DNA of 64,000 bases from Oikopleura dioica. Taxonomy: Eukaryota; Animalia; Chordata. The notes below the pieces were generated by a model. That model worked only from the letters and a program-made list of their open reading frames with translations. It was not told where the DNA came from and did no database searches. Position 1 is the stretch's first letter. Each line of letters opens with the position of its first letter. This document shows, piece by piece, positions 9,276-22,519 of this stretch. The translations under genes and the position numbers were made by a program. The DNA is taken from positions 620,001 to 684,000 of the forward strand of contig OU015567.1 of assembly GCA_907165135.1 (NCBI GenBank). Direction: 5' to 3'.

Positions 9276-12200
9276 ATGGGAAAGCCGATATATCAAAAAC
9301 GAATCCAGGTATTTCGACTTTTCTTAACTTTTATGAGCATACTAATAAAAGTGCCTTGATTGCGACTGCATTGGTGTTTTGCGAAAGCGAGGAAAGCGAG
9401 TCTATTTGCTGCCACAAGAAGTTCTGACTACTCGAAGCATTCGAACCCAAGAATTGGGGTATTATTAATACCATTTTAGTTTGCAGAAGGAGAATTGATA
9501 TGAGAAGCAAATGATATGACTCATATCATATGAGTTTTATTCAAAACGAGAGTTAACAGTTGCTCTGATATTTTCTAATTGTAACTCAGTAGGTAAAGGT
9601 CCCACTTGACTGAAATAATCGGATAATGGAAATGAACTATTTTATCTTAAAAAATATGCTTTTTGTATCCCTACTCAAGAATATGATATTCCCAAACCAA
9701 ACGAAAAGAAAACATGGAAGAAAAAATTAACGGCAAAAATGAGTCTGGCTGAGCACGGAAACGCTACAGATCCTCAGCAATATTCTTATCTAACCCTGGG
9801 GTCCATTTTTTGGATCACGGTGATGCTAATAGGTATTCTCTCCTTATAAATTTTTATATTTTATAGGTGGCATATTGTCACCCCTTGTTCGGGAAAATTA
9901 TTCAATTTCAGCAAATTCAAATTTCAGCAAATTACGCATCCTTGGAGAGTTCCCGAGCTGTTTCGACTTATCTTACTTCGGAGTGTCATCGAAATTACAA
10001 ACAATGTGTTCGAGTTGCAAAAATGGACATCTGTGCACAATTGATGAAACATTGCTATAAGACTCAGAAATTTATTGTTCCTCAACCAGCTTCAAGACAA
10101 GAATACAACAGAACTAAAACTCAAATTTTTTCGGTTGAAGAAAATGAAGTTAATCTCAAACGTTGTCAGAAGAAACAGTTTTACGACCAAAAAAATGCCG
10201 GCATCTTTGTTCAAATACTCTCGTTTTGGGATCAACTTGGAAGAATCCTTTTTCGCCTTGCGAGTCGATTTGTTTTGAACTGACTAAATCCTTCGATTCC
10301 GCTGGAGATGTGTGCCCAAGTCAAAAGTATTGTCGAAACGGTTGTCCGTGCCCGTTTTATAAATGCGAGAAGATTGACTCGCCGCAAAAATTGATTCCTG
10401 TTTTTGACCTTCTAGAGGATTTTACTTACGTTGACAAACTTGATACATACCTTTCTGGCGATACAACTTCTAGATATTACGGTATAATACATGATGCCTG
10501 TGGTGATGGATATTGCAAAATGTCAGACAAACAAAAGAGAGAAATTTCACTGATTTTAAACAGATCGGAGTTGGATAAGGAACGGAGTCGGAATTTGATA
10601 AAATGGTCTAAACCAGAATACGGAAGTGTAAAAATAGAAAATACTTTTTTCAAGTACAATTTTTGGATTGCCAATAAGATTGCTGTATTTTGCCAACCCG
10701 CCAATCAATCATAATTCATAAAAATCAGTTCCGAAATTATTTCATTCCATGCTATTCAGTATATATTTAAGTTTTTCCTGAAAGAATAGTTTCAGGGGTC
10801 CTCATTTAGGGATAGAACCAATTTTTGGAGCATATTTTATTGAAAATATTTATATTGGCCAGTACAGTTAATTATTGACTTTTTGGGTGGCCAAGGATTT
10901 CGGAAAAAATCTTTACCAAAATATGAGCTCAAATTATTGAAATCGGTTAAGAAAAGGAATAATGAGAGAGTTTACTTAATACAAATCAGGCGAAACGAAG
11001 AAAACGATATAACGTTCAAGAATCGGAATTTTTGAAGAAAAACATGGTGTTTTTGTTATTTTTGGCGACTTACGGCGACATTTGGCTACATTCAGCGACA
11101 TTCGGTCACATTTGGCCACAAAGTCAGTGTCAGCCAAAATTTGATTTAGAGAAATGCCCAAAAATTTGATACAAGCACATTTAAAAAGTGTCCCAAGAAA
11201 ACCCCTTAAAACTTTAAAAATGTCAAAAATTTGATGTCACAAAGTTCCATAAAAAATTGTACAGTTGTGTGAGAAGTTTCCGCACCCTATGTGAGTTCTT
11301 CGTTCCCGCACCCCTAGCCCGCACTTTTTCTACTATTTTCTTATAGAAGTAGCAAAAATGAGTGCTGCGTTTCCGCACCTTTAACCCGCTCTTTAGGGGC
11401 GCGGTCTTTAGGCCGCGCGGAAACTCCTCACACCACTGTATGCAAAATATAGCAATTGATAAGATTTCTTATTGGTCATCCAAAAATGCACGTCCAATAA
11501 TTGGTTTATTCCTCACTTGGGCAAAAGACAAGACTTTTGTTAATTAGGTTTAATTTGATTCCTTTTTAAGAAACAAAATTGTCCATACTATTGGATAAGA
11601 ACATTTCAAAATTTTTTTCTCTCAAATTTGAATGGAACTGATGAAAAAATAAGAGTTCCTAAAGACTTTTTTCCTCATGAAAGTTTTTGTAGATAAATCT
11701 CTCTGTTTTTTAAGCAAGCAACATAGTCGTAGAGAAAGGGTTAGTTGCGCGCTGCTCGAACTTAAACTAATAGTTTTTACGGTAAAGTCAGTCTATTTGA
11801 CAAAATATTTCCCATGATTGACTGATTTATGCAAAACATGATCTTGTTCACCAAATCACGAAAACTTAATAAGTCGACTGGTGCCACCTTTCTTAATGGC
11901 GAGCACTACTTGGTCAATGTACTTGGACACTTAATGAGAGTGAGAGAAGGTGGCTACGCTCCAATTATTATTCCTAATGGGCTTAATCATGTGTAAGTTA
12001 TGTCTTAGAGGTTACCAATTTTAACTTATCAGTGATTTTTCGAAATAGGGGCCTTAGCCGGCCAGGGTGCACCATCTTTGGATCACCGGCCAAAATATAA
12101 GCTCTTTCGGTGAAGTGATTTTGAAATTAGTAAACATAACATAAGAACGTTATGCACCAATCATGATCCATTAGTCATGGTCCATTTGGCCGGTAGAGTT

Positions 12201-15200
12201 AATATACCACTTTTTGCCGGCGAAGGTTAAGTTGCTACTAAGGTGAAACTTTCACTGTTTTTATGATGTTTTTGTTTTAGAGGATATTTTGTTTTTCATT
12301 TTGGATCTTCCGTCGGAACTCATCATATAAAGCTTCGATATAAAGAAGAGTCTTTACGCAAAATAGTTTTTCCTGTAGTCGTTATCTGTGATGGTCGAAA
12401 AGGGATACATATATTTTTGATATCATTTTTGATTTTATTGAATTTTTACATATTCAATAAGAAGCAAATTCGTAAGATTTACAATTTTATCAAATCAATA
12501 AATTTTGACCATATCAAGCCGTCCAACTGCAAGAGAGGATAAGTGCTTTTATTACGCTCCTGATTTTAATTTGAACCGCTTCGAAGAAGCTCAGGGTTTC
12601 ATCGCTAGCAATCACTTCAATGCGAAAACATCTTCAATTAGCTATAAAGATGTCTTCTATTTGATGAGTGTCAGAATGGGCGAAAATTTTATAAAATTGT
12701 CAAAGACTATTGCTTTAAATCGGATAAGAGCCGATGAAGAATTCGAGAAAGGTTGGAAGAAAGACGACCTAAAATTGCCAGCTGAACTTACCAACTTGGA
12801 CCCGGTCCATGTTGTTCCATTGAAAAGAGTTGCAAATGCATATTTTAACAGTTAAGGGGCGGGTGGTCGAGGCTAAGACTTTTTTCAACCTAAAAATCTC
12901 AAATTTTTTCAAAAAATATTCTTTTGCTAATTGAAAATAAGTTTAAAAAGGGTTCAATTTATGTGGGCATCTAAATGTGTATGTTTGAAAAAATATTTTC
13001 TTCGGAAAGATGATGAAAAATTTCTTCAAAGACGTAAAAAACTATATCCCCTTATCATTTTTCTTCAATATCAAACTTACCGACTCGGTAATACCGAGAG
13101 GAAAGTTCAAACCCTTTAGCGTGCGGGCCGCTTAGTTTAGAAAGTTCACCTTGTAAGAAAAGAAAATAGTTATTGAATGAAAACATGTTGTTTTCTGTAA
13201 AATCGTCATTTTCGCTCATTTTTGCAATGAAATTTTTGAAACATCACACTAATCGTCGTTTTTTAAGGTCTTTGTAAATAAAATATGACCAAGAAACATA
13301 ACTTCGCAAAAAATCAATTTAAAATTGTTTTGAGTGCGAAAATCGCGTTTCATAATTCCCGAAAATGGCGATTTCATAGCATAAAATCGAAAGTTTTCTT
13401 AAAAAATTATGGTCCAATCAAAAAAAACTAGTGGCCAAAAATGCTCCTTTCTTATCAAGAAATCTAAAACTTATATCAAAATTTTAAAAAGTCTAAGAAA
13501 ATTTTCTCGTCAACCACCCCCTTAAAATAAGACACTGTAGTTAATTAACTTCGAAAAGATCGATACGGGAAAACTTCTATTATTGATTGTCACAAGAAGC
13601 GTCGAGCTCTCAAACACCCTCTTCTCGATTTTATTAGAAGCAGAGGGAAAGTTTCTTACTGTTGGTCGTGAATGGATTGGTTCTTTGGTCAATTACGAGC
13701 GCGAATCCGTATGCTATTCGAGGTTATTCACGCAAGAGGATCTCTATTATACTGATCGGACTGGAGTCAACATCGATGAATGCGAGTATTTTGTTAACGG
13801 ATTAGTTGCCGATGAGAAAATTCTTATTCAAAATTATGTGTTTGACTCGACATTTGAAATCGAGTTTAATTTTGGAAAGAATTAAAAATCATCATGTGCA
13901 GTTAATACTTGACATTTAAACGAAAGCAAAAAACTGATATTGGTGGATAGCCTATCCCGGATAGGCTTCGGTTAGTAAAAGTAACTGAAGGTTAACTCCC
14001 CGCCTTAGTAATTTTCCCTTATTAGTCTCAAATTTTATGATTTTTACATAAAAAAAAGTTTATGAGTTATGAGTATTGGAAAAGCGGCGCGAGCTCGGTG
14101 CGCGTAGGCCCTTAAGAGTAAGGGTTGATGTTTTCAATCAACGCCTTGCATTTTAATCACTTATGTTGACAGTGATTGGACCGATCGCAACATTTTTTTA
14201 GAATCATTAAAATTACTTTTTTCGTAAAAAAGAGCGATTTCTATGCACAAAAAAATTTCTCTCGACTTTCGTGCCATTTTCACCAAATTCGTGCCATTAG
14301 AACGTAGCTATAGAATAAGATATTTGCTTATTTTAATTCTAGCAAAAAGAAAGAGTCGAGATAGAATTTATTCAACAAAAAGCGAAGAATAAAATTCATG
14401 TGACGAGCAATCCTTTTTTCGCATTTCACGACGATGTTTTTCCATTGTTTGCAAAGAATGCAGTCGCCCAGGAGCGATTCCCCTCAAAAGTTTACCCAAA
14501 AACTATTATTCCGAATCAACCTTTTACTATTCTTAAAAATCTGAATCATATTTCGACTATTGAAATGGAATTCTCTGGAACAGAAATGCTTCAATTCGAG
14601 TTCAAATTTCAAGAAAACTCAAATTTTTTGAGTGAAATAAAAATTCTTGAATTGAACTTTTTCGACGAAAAAAAGTTTCTTCAGATTTGGAAGATTAAAG
14701 AACGGATCTTATTGGATGGACTCTGATTTCTTTAATAAACGTTTAATATTCAAATCAAATGGGCTGACAATAATTATCGATTCAAACAAATCTTCTACAT
14801 TGTCTTATCTAAAAGTTTTCAAGAAAAAGTTTGGTCGACTCCTAAACAGATAAATAAAAAGGGGTTTCGGCGGACATTTAAGGGTGTCAACAACAATAAA
14901 ATAAGGGTCTCCATTAGGACACTTAAAATATATTTTTCGGGAAAACTGAAAAGTTTTTATTTCGAAGAACGAGTGTGCTCATATAAAAGAGCGTCATCGA
15001 GAACCTATGCTGAGTCAATCTGGTCATGGGGCGAAAACGAAAATTTTCGAAAAAATGGGGTCGAAATCTCAATAATGGTGGTTTTTATTTCATTTCATTT
15101 TGGATTTTTCTCAAAATTTTCCGTAGCAGCAAAAATATTTTCAACATAAAATTTTCTCCTCGTTGTCTAAACAACCCAAAGAGGGGGGATCCCTCGTCAA

Positions 15201-16980
15201 CAATGTTCCGTTAAAAATCGAAAATTTCAAAAAGGCCATGTTTTGGCTTATGAGTGTGCCTGGAAGTTAATTTAATCATAAAAACTTGTGAGGAGTACTT
15301 TTTGACCAATTCAAATCGGGAAACGGTCAGACTCATTACCGATTGGAAACCCATTAACAATCGTGGTAACCCATTACCAAGTTTGGTAATGCATTACCAA
15401 ATTCGTCAAAAAAGTGTCGATTTTTTTCGTTTAAAGAGCGAGTGTGCGCTCCGCGCCTGTATGATAGAAAATTTGTGGGGTGTTTTATTCATTAACTTGG
15501 TGAAAAGTTAAAATAAATTGATAATCGACTACCGAAAATTAGTAATGGGTTACCAAAAATTCTGGTAATGAGTCCGACCGTTCCCGTTCAAATCTGAAAT
15601 TTAAGCGAAATTGGGACTTGTTTGTCATTTCTCGTCAAAAATTCCGATTTTCAAACGCGATTTTGAGGGTGTAAGAGTCGAGATATACCCCCATAAATGA
15701 AGCCTTAAAATCGTTTTTTGACCAGCAGGATCCATCATTATTCATCGACCACTCAAAGTCAAGGTTTGGGTTAAAGAAAAAGTTTATCTTGAGGATTACT
15801 GCATGCACCTCCAAAAGGTGATTTTGGTGGAGGCCTTGTATTTTCTCGCTTTAAAAAATTTCTTCCCTTTGCATAAAAAATTCAAACTCACTCAGCTCTT
15901 GTTTTTAAATATGCTTGAATAAAAGAGCATATGCCGGAAATATATAAATTTAAGATGATTTCTAGGGTTCAGACGATGACAAAAACTGTCAGGTTTCAAA
16001 TCAGGTTTCCTTTGAAGAGAAAAGCAGAATACCTCATTCAATTAGAAAATCTTATAAGGATTATGTTTTTATCTTTCGACTTAATACTAAACTTTATAAG
16101 GATTCTATAAAGACGAAGAAAATTGGCAGTCAAATTTTACTTATAAACTTTGATAAAAAAAGAGGGAATAAGATCCGAATTTATAAATATGACGAAGCAA
16201 CGAAAATAAGAGACTTTTTCTATCAAAAACTATCGTCGAAGAAGCAGATCAATGTATTATTGTCGAGAGACATGCTTGATGAAGATATTAATCCTCTTCC
16301 ATATGCTTATGTGACGAATAGTGGGCTGATAAGCCAAGTATCATTTTTTTCATCACCTTTTCTTGGTTCGTCATCTTTCCACAGCTTTCCTGAACTTCTT
16401 TGCGGATCGAAACCAGCAATAGTGAATGATAAATTATACATATTTGGGGGATGTATCGGTAGTAAAAACGTAAATTCATAAAATTCCGAGAAAGTGATTA
16501 TAATTGTCCTTAAGATTCATCGATTAGACGGATGCTTTTTTAAAGAGCTTAATACTCATCTGAAAAATGAGTACTCTTATAAACACATGGCTCTATCTTA
16601 CGACGGAGGCAGCAAAGGTTTGGATTTTCCGTTAAGATTGAAAATAATCATTCAAATAATTAAGCTATTATTTGTTCTAATGTCAAGAGAAATAATGGGA
16701 GAGAATGTGAGTTATACAATGGGAATTATGTAGAAAGAACATTTTCCACGAAAATAAATCACCGCGGTGGCTCTATTGGTGTTTACAAAAATAACCCGAC
16801 TATAATTGGTGGATATCTAGATGAAGCAAAGAATGGAACAGTTGAGACATTGACCAAAGAGGGTAGGATTAAGCTGAAATCGCATTCAAGGTAGACGCAT
16901 TAATAAAAATACAACAGAAATATTCTTAGACGTATCTGTGGGTCTGCTGCTGTTGGACTGCCCTCAGGAAACCTTTTGTA
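9276..16980 (+). CDS. Family-Y gene copy A: large multi-exon protein with TM segment, Cys-rich CP..CP.GCPCP.Y.C module and C-terminal kelch-like repeats; apparently frameshifted
   Basis: MGKPIYQKRIQ|CLDCDC... and ORF pieces at 9867, 10163, 12505, 13583, 14400, 16260 and 16494, with YIFGG and GGSK motifs. Colinear with 25858-34125 and, inverted, with 51914-56922. Whether the kelch part is the same gene is inferred; 3' end is approximate. Confidence 0.55.
11262..11438. mobile_element. Tc1/mariner-type MITE (TA TSD, CAGT termini)
   Basis: TA|CAGTTGTGTGAGAAGTTTCCGC...GCGGAAACTCCTCACACCACTG|TA. Confidence 0.75.
12856..13521. mobile_element. TTAA-flanked MITE with GG..CC termini, in an intron of family-Y copy A
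   Basis: TTAA|GGGGCGGGTGGTCGAG...CTCGTCAACCACCCCC|TTAA. Confidence 0.65.
15317..15586. mobile_element. MITE with ~23-bp TIRs and 7-8-bp TSD, nested in an older repeat
   Basis: TTCAAAT|CGGGAAACGGTCAGACTCATTACC...GGTAATGAGTCCGACCGTTCCCG|TTCAAAT; second copy at 32463-32732. Confidence 0.75.
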
Positions 16981-18677
16981 AAGGGGTTGATATTCATTAA
17001 TCATTTTTTTTCATCAAATACCTAATCATGTGATGCCCCGTCCTATTAATACTGGAAGCGTTTTATTGAAAGACTTATATGACATATAATAAGAAAACAC
17101 TCAAAAGCTACCAAAAAAACAATCGGTCGGATTCAAACAATTGAAAAATCAAAAATATAAATTGTATTCGGTATAAATTGTTTGGGTCGATATTCTTCTT
17201 CTGAAAGGGTTTTTGAGTTCGAAAATTTGATTTTTTTGATAATTTTTTGAAAGTACTAACTTAAGTTAAAATCTTTCTCTAACAGGTCTGATTTCGCCAT
17301 ATAGCTCGTGGTTCTGTTTGAAGAAATCTCTTGCTATCTGATGAAGCTCGACGTAATTATTTTTGACAAATTATTTAAAGTTCGTGTCAGTTTTAGGATA
17401 AGGGTGTAAGTTTTATTATAAAAATATATGGGATGGGTTTTCTATTCAAACTTGGGAGGTAGGTCTCCTTTAATATAGCTAGCGTTTTTTTTGGGAACGC
17501 CGAAGTTTCCTAATTTTCATGGAAGCCCCTCATATAAATAAAGAATTTTATGCTGATTTCAACGATACCAAATCTTTATGATAGCATTATTCTATTGAAG
17601 ACAAGCTTAAGAATTCTCTTAAAGTGGGGTTATTTTTCACCCAAGTTTTCCAGGTCACCGGCTAATTTTCTTCTCAAAATAACTTAGCAAACATGAACCT
17701 TTTACTTCTGGTAATCTTTTTGTGTTCATCACCCGGTATTATTTGCATCTGATTCCGAGTACTGGGTCACAGTAAGCACCTACTGAGATTATGGCGTGCG
17801 CTTATGCTTTTTGGGCTTCCCGCGCAGCGCGCAATGCACTAGCGCGCTGTCAGTTTTACTCACTTATCTGAGGATTTCAAGCCACCCGTAAGTCCACGTA
17901 AAAAGATTTTTTCGGTAATTCAAGAGAAGTATCTGATAAAGAGCATATCTTAAAATAAATGACATGGCAGGGCGTGCTCTATATGATTCACCTCTTTGAA
18001 AGATAAATTTTGTTTTTTTGATATTTAACAAAAAAAATTGCGAATTATTCTTTCATATTTCAAATATAACTTAAACAGTTAAAGAGTATATTTTAAAATT
18101 TCTACCCCTTCTTTCTGCTTATTGGCGGGGAGGATGAAACCTCCCTTGAACATATTTGGCGACTGATGGACAATAACTGGGATGTGATTGGCTCTCTCTC
18201 ATCCGTAAGTGGATAAAAAAAAAATTCGAGAAAAGCGTATTGATAAAACCAGGTGAAATCGAATATTTAGGGTATTGGTTCTTTGGCAGCTGTTTTTCTT
18301 GACAATTCAGTTTTCGTTGTTCCTGGCAATGATTTGTCTTGGGAACCAGCGTATCTCTGGAAAATCGATTTGGCTAAAGGCTTTTACAAGTAGGTTTCGA
18401 ACAATCGGCGTTTTTTTGAAACACGGCGTGCTCTCGGGCGCTCCCGACTCTTCGCTGCCGGGATCATGTTTGTTCAAATCACCTGGTTGTGGCAATTACG
18501 AGCCTTTTTTTTCTGGGAATTTCGTGAAATACTCATAATTCTTCAACTCAGAAAAATTGACCGGTTTTTTTAATTTCATGTTTTTTAAAAAAGGTCCCTA
18601 GACGAAATGAAGAGATCATCTGAATCGGACTAGATTTTCGACTGATACTGAGCCTCTGAAGTCCCAATATGAGCGCT

Positions 18678-19061
18678 AGAAATTTTTGAGCGCCCGAAAA
18701 CGGTTGAATACTCCATCCAGTGATTATGCCTATGGTCCCAGTTCGTAAAACAGGTTCTATTTAACCAGAATCCATTCACAGAAATTGTGAACAGGGACTC
18801 TAGTGAGGACCAGTGCCTAAAGAAACCCGAAAAATGGGGGCAAAATTGAGGTGAAATCTTTGGTCTGAGTTCTGAGAGGCCAAACTTGGCGTTGATTTTG
18901 CCCTATTTTTTGGCCTCCTTCGACGCTGGTCCTCACTTAAGTCCCTGTTCACAATTTCTGTGAATTGATTCTGGTTGAATAGAACCTGCTCTACAAACAG
19001 GGACCATATGCATAATCACTGGATAGAGTATTCATCCCATTTCGGGCGCTCAAAAATTTCT
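18678..19061. repeat. Imperfect foldback palindrome, ~190-bp arms (MITE-like)
   Basis: AGAAATTTTTGAGCGCCCGAAA... mirrored by ...TTTCGGGCGCTCAAAAATTTCT; second copy at ~35823-36206. Confidence 0.75.
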
Positions 19062-20428
19062 TGGAGGTCATTGAGATTGCTGAACAACAAGTTGAAGCTA
19101 CTCAACAAGCTGCTGAACAGCCAAAGACTCCAGAGCCAAAGATTTAATGAGTCCAGCCAAGCATTCTCAATTTTTTTTCCAAAAAAAAAAATTTCGGTCG
19201 ATAATCTCTCGTTTTCAAAATTTTCGGGTTTTGTCAAAATACTCGTAATTCTCCCACTCGTAATTGCCACAGTCGACTGTAATAAGTATGACTGCGATAA
19301 CTGGCAACCACAAGTTTGTTATAATCAATTATTAAATTTTAATGCCGAAAAATAGGACAGAGATTATATCGGAAATACCGGTAAATAGAATTGCCACAGT
19401 AATTGCCACAGTCCACTGTATTTGCATCTTATCTCGTAAAGTAGGTTTGAGAGTCACCCGCTGAGAAAAGATCGCTTCCCACCGCTCACGTTCTTGCCAC
19501 TCATTCTTGCTGCTCTAGCGGGCGGAGGAGCCGTTAAAGCCCCGAGCGCGTGGAAATGTTGGCCCCACAAGGCACGCCTTGCTCCAAGAAAACGCCGATT
19601 TTCGAGACCTAGTTATATACCAAACTTATTGATAATAAAAGCCTCCCTCGTTCAATTTGAGCAAACTAAGGCGATAGCTTTGACTAAGATTCAGATTTAT
19701 TAAGCTTTAAGAAAGATAACGACGAAAATATTATTGAGACTCAGATAATTGGCCAGGTCGAAAAAGAATGGACTTATTTGGACCCTCAACCGATTGTTTT
19801 TGTGACAACCGTTGATTATTGTTCCAAAAGTCTTTTATGAACATTTCAAAAAAAATAAGTAATGAACCTTACTTTTACTCAAATACATTTCGTTTTTTAC
19901 TGTTTATGCTCGTCTTTATCCTTAAAAAATATTTATCATTTTAATAGGAATTGAAATTTTGAAAGAACCATCATGAGTCTATCAGAATTTATGCTTCTTG
20001 ATGTTGTATTTCTTTGCTCAGCTTGAGTAACTTTAGTCAAGAACGACATCAGCTCAGAAATAAATGTTTCAAAAATCTGCACTTCTTGGTAGTGGAAAAA
20101 GTTGAGTCGCTATTCTCGAAAATAAATCTGGGGTCTACTTGCTTGAGAGATTAAACCTTCTTAGACGGTCTCGCGACTTGATTACTTGATTTTTATGTTC
20201 TCCATGACATTGTGATGTAGATATCAAAAAAAAATTTTCTATTTATTTGTCTCGATTTTGTTCTACCTATAGTTTCAAGGTCAATAAGAAAAATTGTAAG
20301 CAAAAATTTTTTGATAGGACCACGTGATTTTATAAAAATCTCCTAAAAAACTCATTATTTGCCCGTTTAATTATAGATCGACGTGTTTTAGAAATAAATT
20401 TTAATGTAAAGATCTTCTGTTGTATATT

Positions 20429-21589
20429 TCAGAACATATCACATTTGTCATGAATTGTTTGAATAAAGAAATCAGAACAAAAAGAATCTTTAGTAGGACA
20501 GCGAAAGTTTTCAGCTAGGTTTTTGCTGTGAATCATTGATATAAAAGCATTGATAAGAATTTCAAGTTCGCATGCGAAATCCGTGGATAAAAGTGTACTA
20601 TTTTCTCGGAGACTTTTCGTAAAATTATGAAACTCAACTGTCTCGAGGATTCTGAACTCGATTCTTATTGTGTCGAAAGAAGCACCGCTAATCTCGCCGG
20701 AAACAGGTTGCATCGGAAAAACTCCTGCATAAGATTCATGGTTTCTGCATTTGTCCCTCCAGTACCAGTAGATGTCATCCTTTGTGGCCAGCTGCATTTC
20801 TGAAGCGCATTTCAATAGTGACGAATTGAAATCTTCATGCTCCGAACTCGCGGATTTTTGAAACTGTTTTCTCGCTTTGTCAAGAAGCATTTTTCTTGTG
20901 AACCTTTCAATGATTTTTCAATTTCTTTATAAATTTTAGTATACTTACGCTCCAAATGAAGTTTTGTTAACCACAGAAATATCTAAAATGTCGATTGTGA
21001 AGAAATCTTCAATATTTTCTTTGCTTATCGTTAATTGGTCCTTTCTCCTCATTACATCGAGCTCGGAATATAAAAGAAGCTGTTTGAGGATTAATTGATT
21101 ATCATTAAAATGAAAAATTGTTGATTAAAATGATGATTTTTAACACCCTCCCTGATTAAGTGAATCATATTTGTAATACGCCAATTCGCACATGTGTAAG
21201 CAAACTAAATTCAAGAATCATCATAAAAATAACTTTTACGATTTCTTACATGTAGTACCATTCAACAAGTTCTTCAATGTCAGTCTGTCTTCAGTGCCGT
21301 TGACAAAATAGTTTCCAAGATTCATCGTGGCAGTCGAGCTTAGAATCGCAATATTCGTCGAAATCGACGAGTCCATATCTTCAACTTCTCTCTGATCGTC
21401 CAAAAACTTTTCAGCAGCATCGACATTTCGCTGCAGAAGCCCAAAAACAATGCCCAAAACGCATGCAACAAGCGCGCTGATGATAATGTTTCCGAAAGAA
21501 ATAAATTTTCCAAAAAACAACAAAAAAATAAACATTTTCCTGAAAAGAAAGATCGCTAGAAAAACGTTTTTATACTCCCGGACTTTCAT
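20429..21589 (-). CDS. Family-X minus member, copy B, apparently intact (5 exons)
   Basis: Read by eye across GA-AG, GT-AG, GG-AG and GT-AG introns to give MKVREYKNVFLAIFLF-(TM)...FCLHMCE...EDFFTIDILDISVV...IHDKCDMF. Confidence 0.65.
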
Positions 21590-22519
21590 CTTTTGAATGA
21601 AGAAAGATGAGTTCTATCTTCTATCTTGTAGCGCTGCCTCAATGAACCTATTTTGTCAACCGTGAAATAATTAAAATCGATTTTGGTAAAAAATTTTCAG
21701 TTTTTCGTATTTTCGAGTCGAAAATATGCTTCGTATTTTTTTCTGATTGTAGGGTGACGTCTCCAGATAAGATTCAAGAGCCGTTTGCCGTTTATCAATA
21801 AATATTTATCGCAGCGCTGGAGAGGTAGAATGATAAAGTTTTAAGTTGGCGAGGGGAGTGCGCGTCTTCCGCATTTCGTAACTCCGAAACCGCTCACGTT
21901 TCCTTCTTTAGCTACGTCTTTGCCCCTCGAAATCTGTTGAAATTGCTGCTTTTCGAAAAAAAGGCACGTTGGAATAAAATCTGTGTAAAAAGAAAAGCTC
22001 TGGAATCGTTATTTTCTTACCGTAAGCAGCGGAGGAAATCGAACAGGGTATTCAATACCGCCAAAGACTAATATTGAGCTCATCACTTCCTGACGCCGCT
22101 CCAACCTTTTGTCACCGCCTCAACTTTCAGAAAATATTAAACTGACAATATTCGTTAAAATTATTTATGGCTGACGAAACATGCTCATTCAAGCATAGCT
22201 TAAGTTGGAACAAATCTATATAAACAAATTTAAATGATGATTTTTATAAAAATGAAGATTCGGGAGTATAAGGCTATTTTTCTTGCGATTTTTGCCGTCA
22301 GGAAAATGTCTTAGTTGTTCATTGAAAAAAAGAGGAAAGAGATTGTTTCCCGAACATTTGAATCAGTGTACTTTTTGCATGTATCTTGGGCATTGTTTTT
22401 CATCTAAAGCGAATGAATGACGATGCTGCTGGAAAATTGTTGGATGAGAAAGCCTCTGGAAGAGGGCAACTAGTTGAAGATGTGGACTCATTTGCTTCGA
22501 CTGATGTTCCGATTCTTAA

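Larger units (their letters stand above)
1135..20385. repeat. Tandem segmental duplication, unit A (includes the 3.1-kb PLE)
   Basis: The same ORFs recur at offsets of ~17.10-17.15 kb (12505/29606, 13583/30693, 18975/36120, 20429/37574). Homology to 20390 begins near 1135. Confidence 0.9.

Noticed and set aside
13955-13990. Helitron 3' end (AGCCTATC-CCG-GATAGGCT hairpin)
   Set aside because: No clear CTRR terminus or 5' TC boundary, and no empty site to define an insertion.
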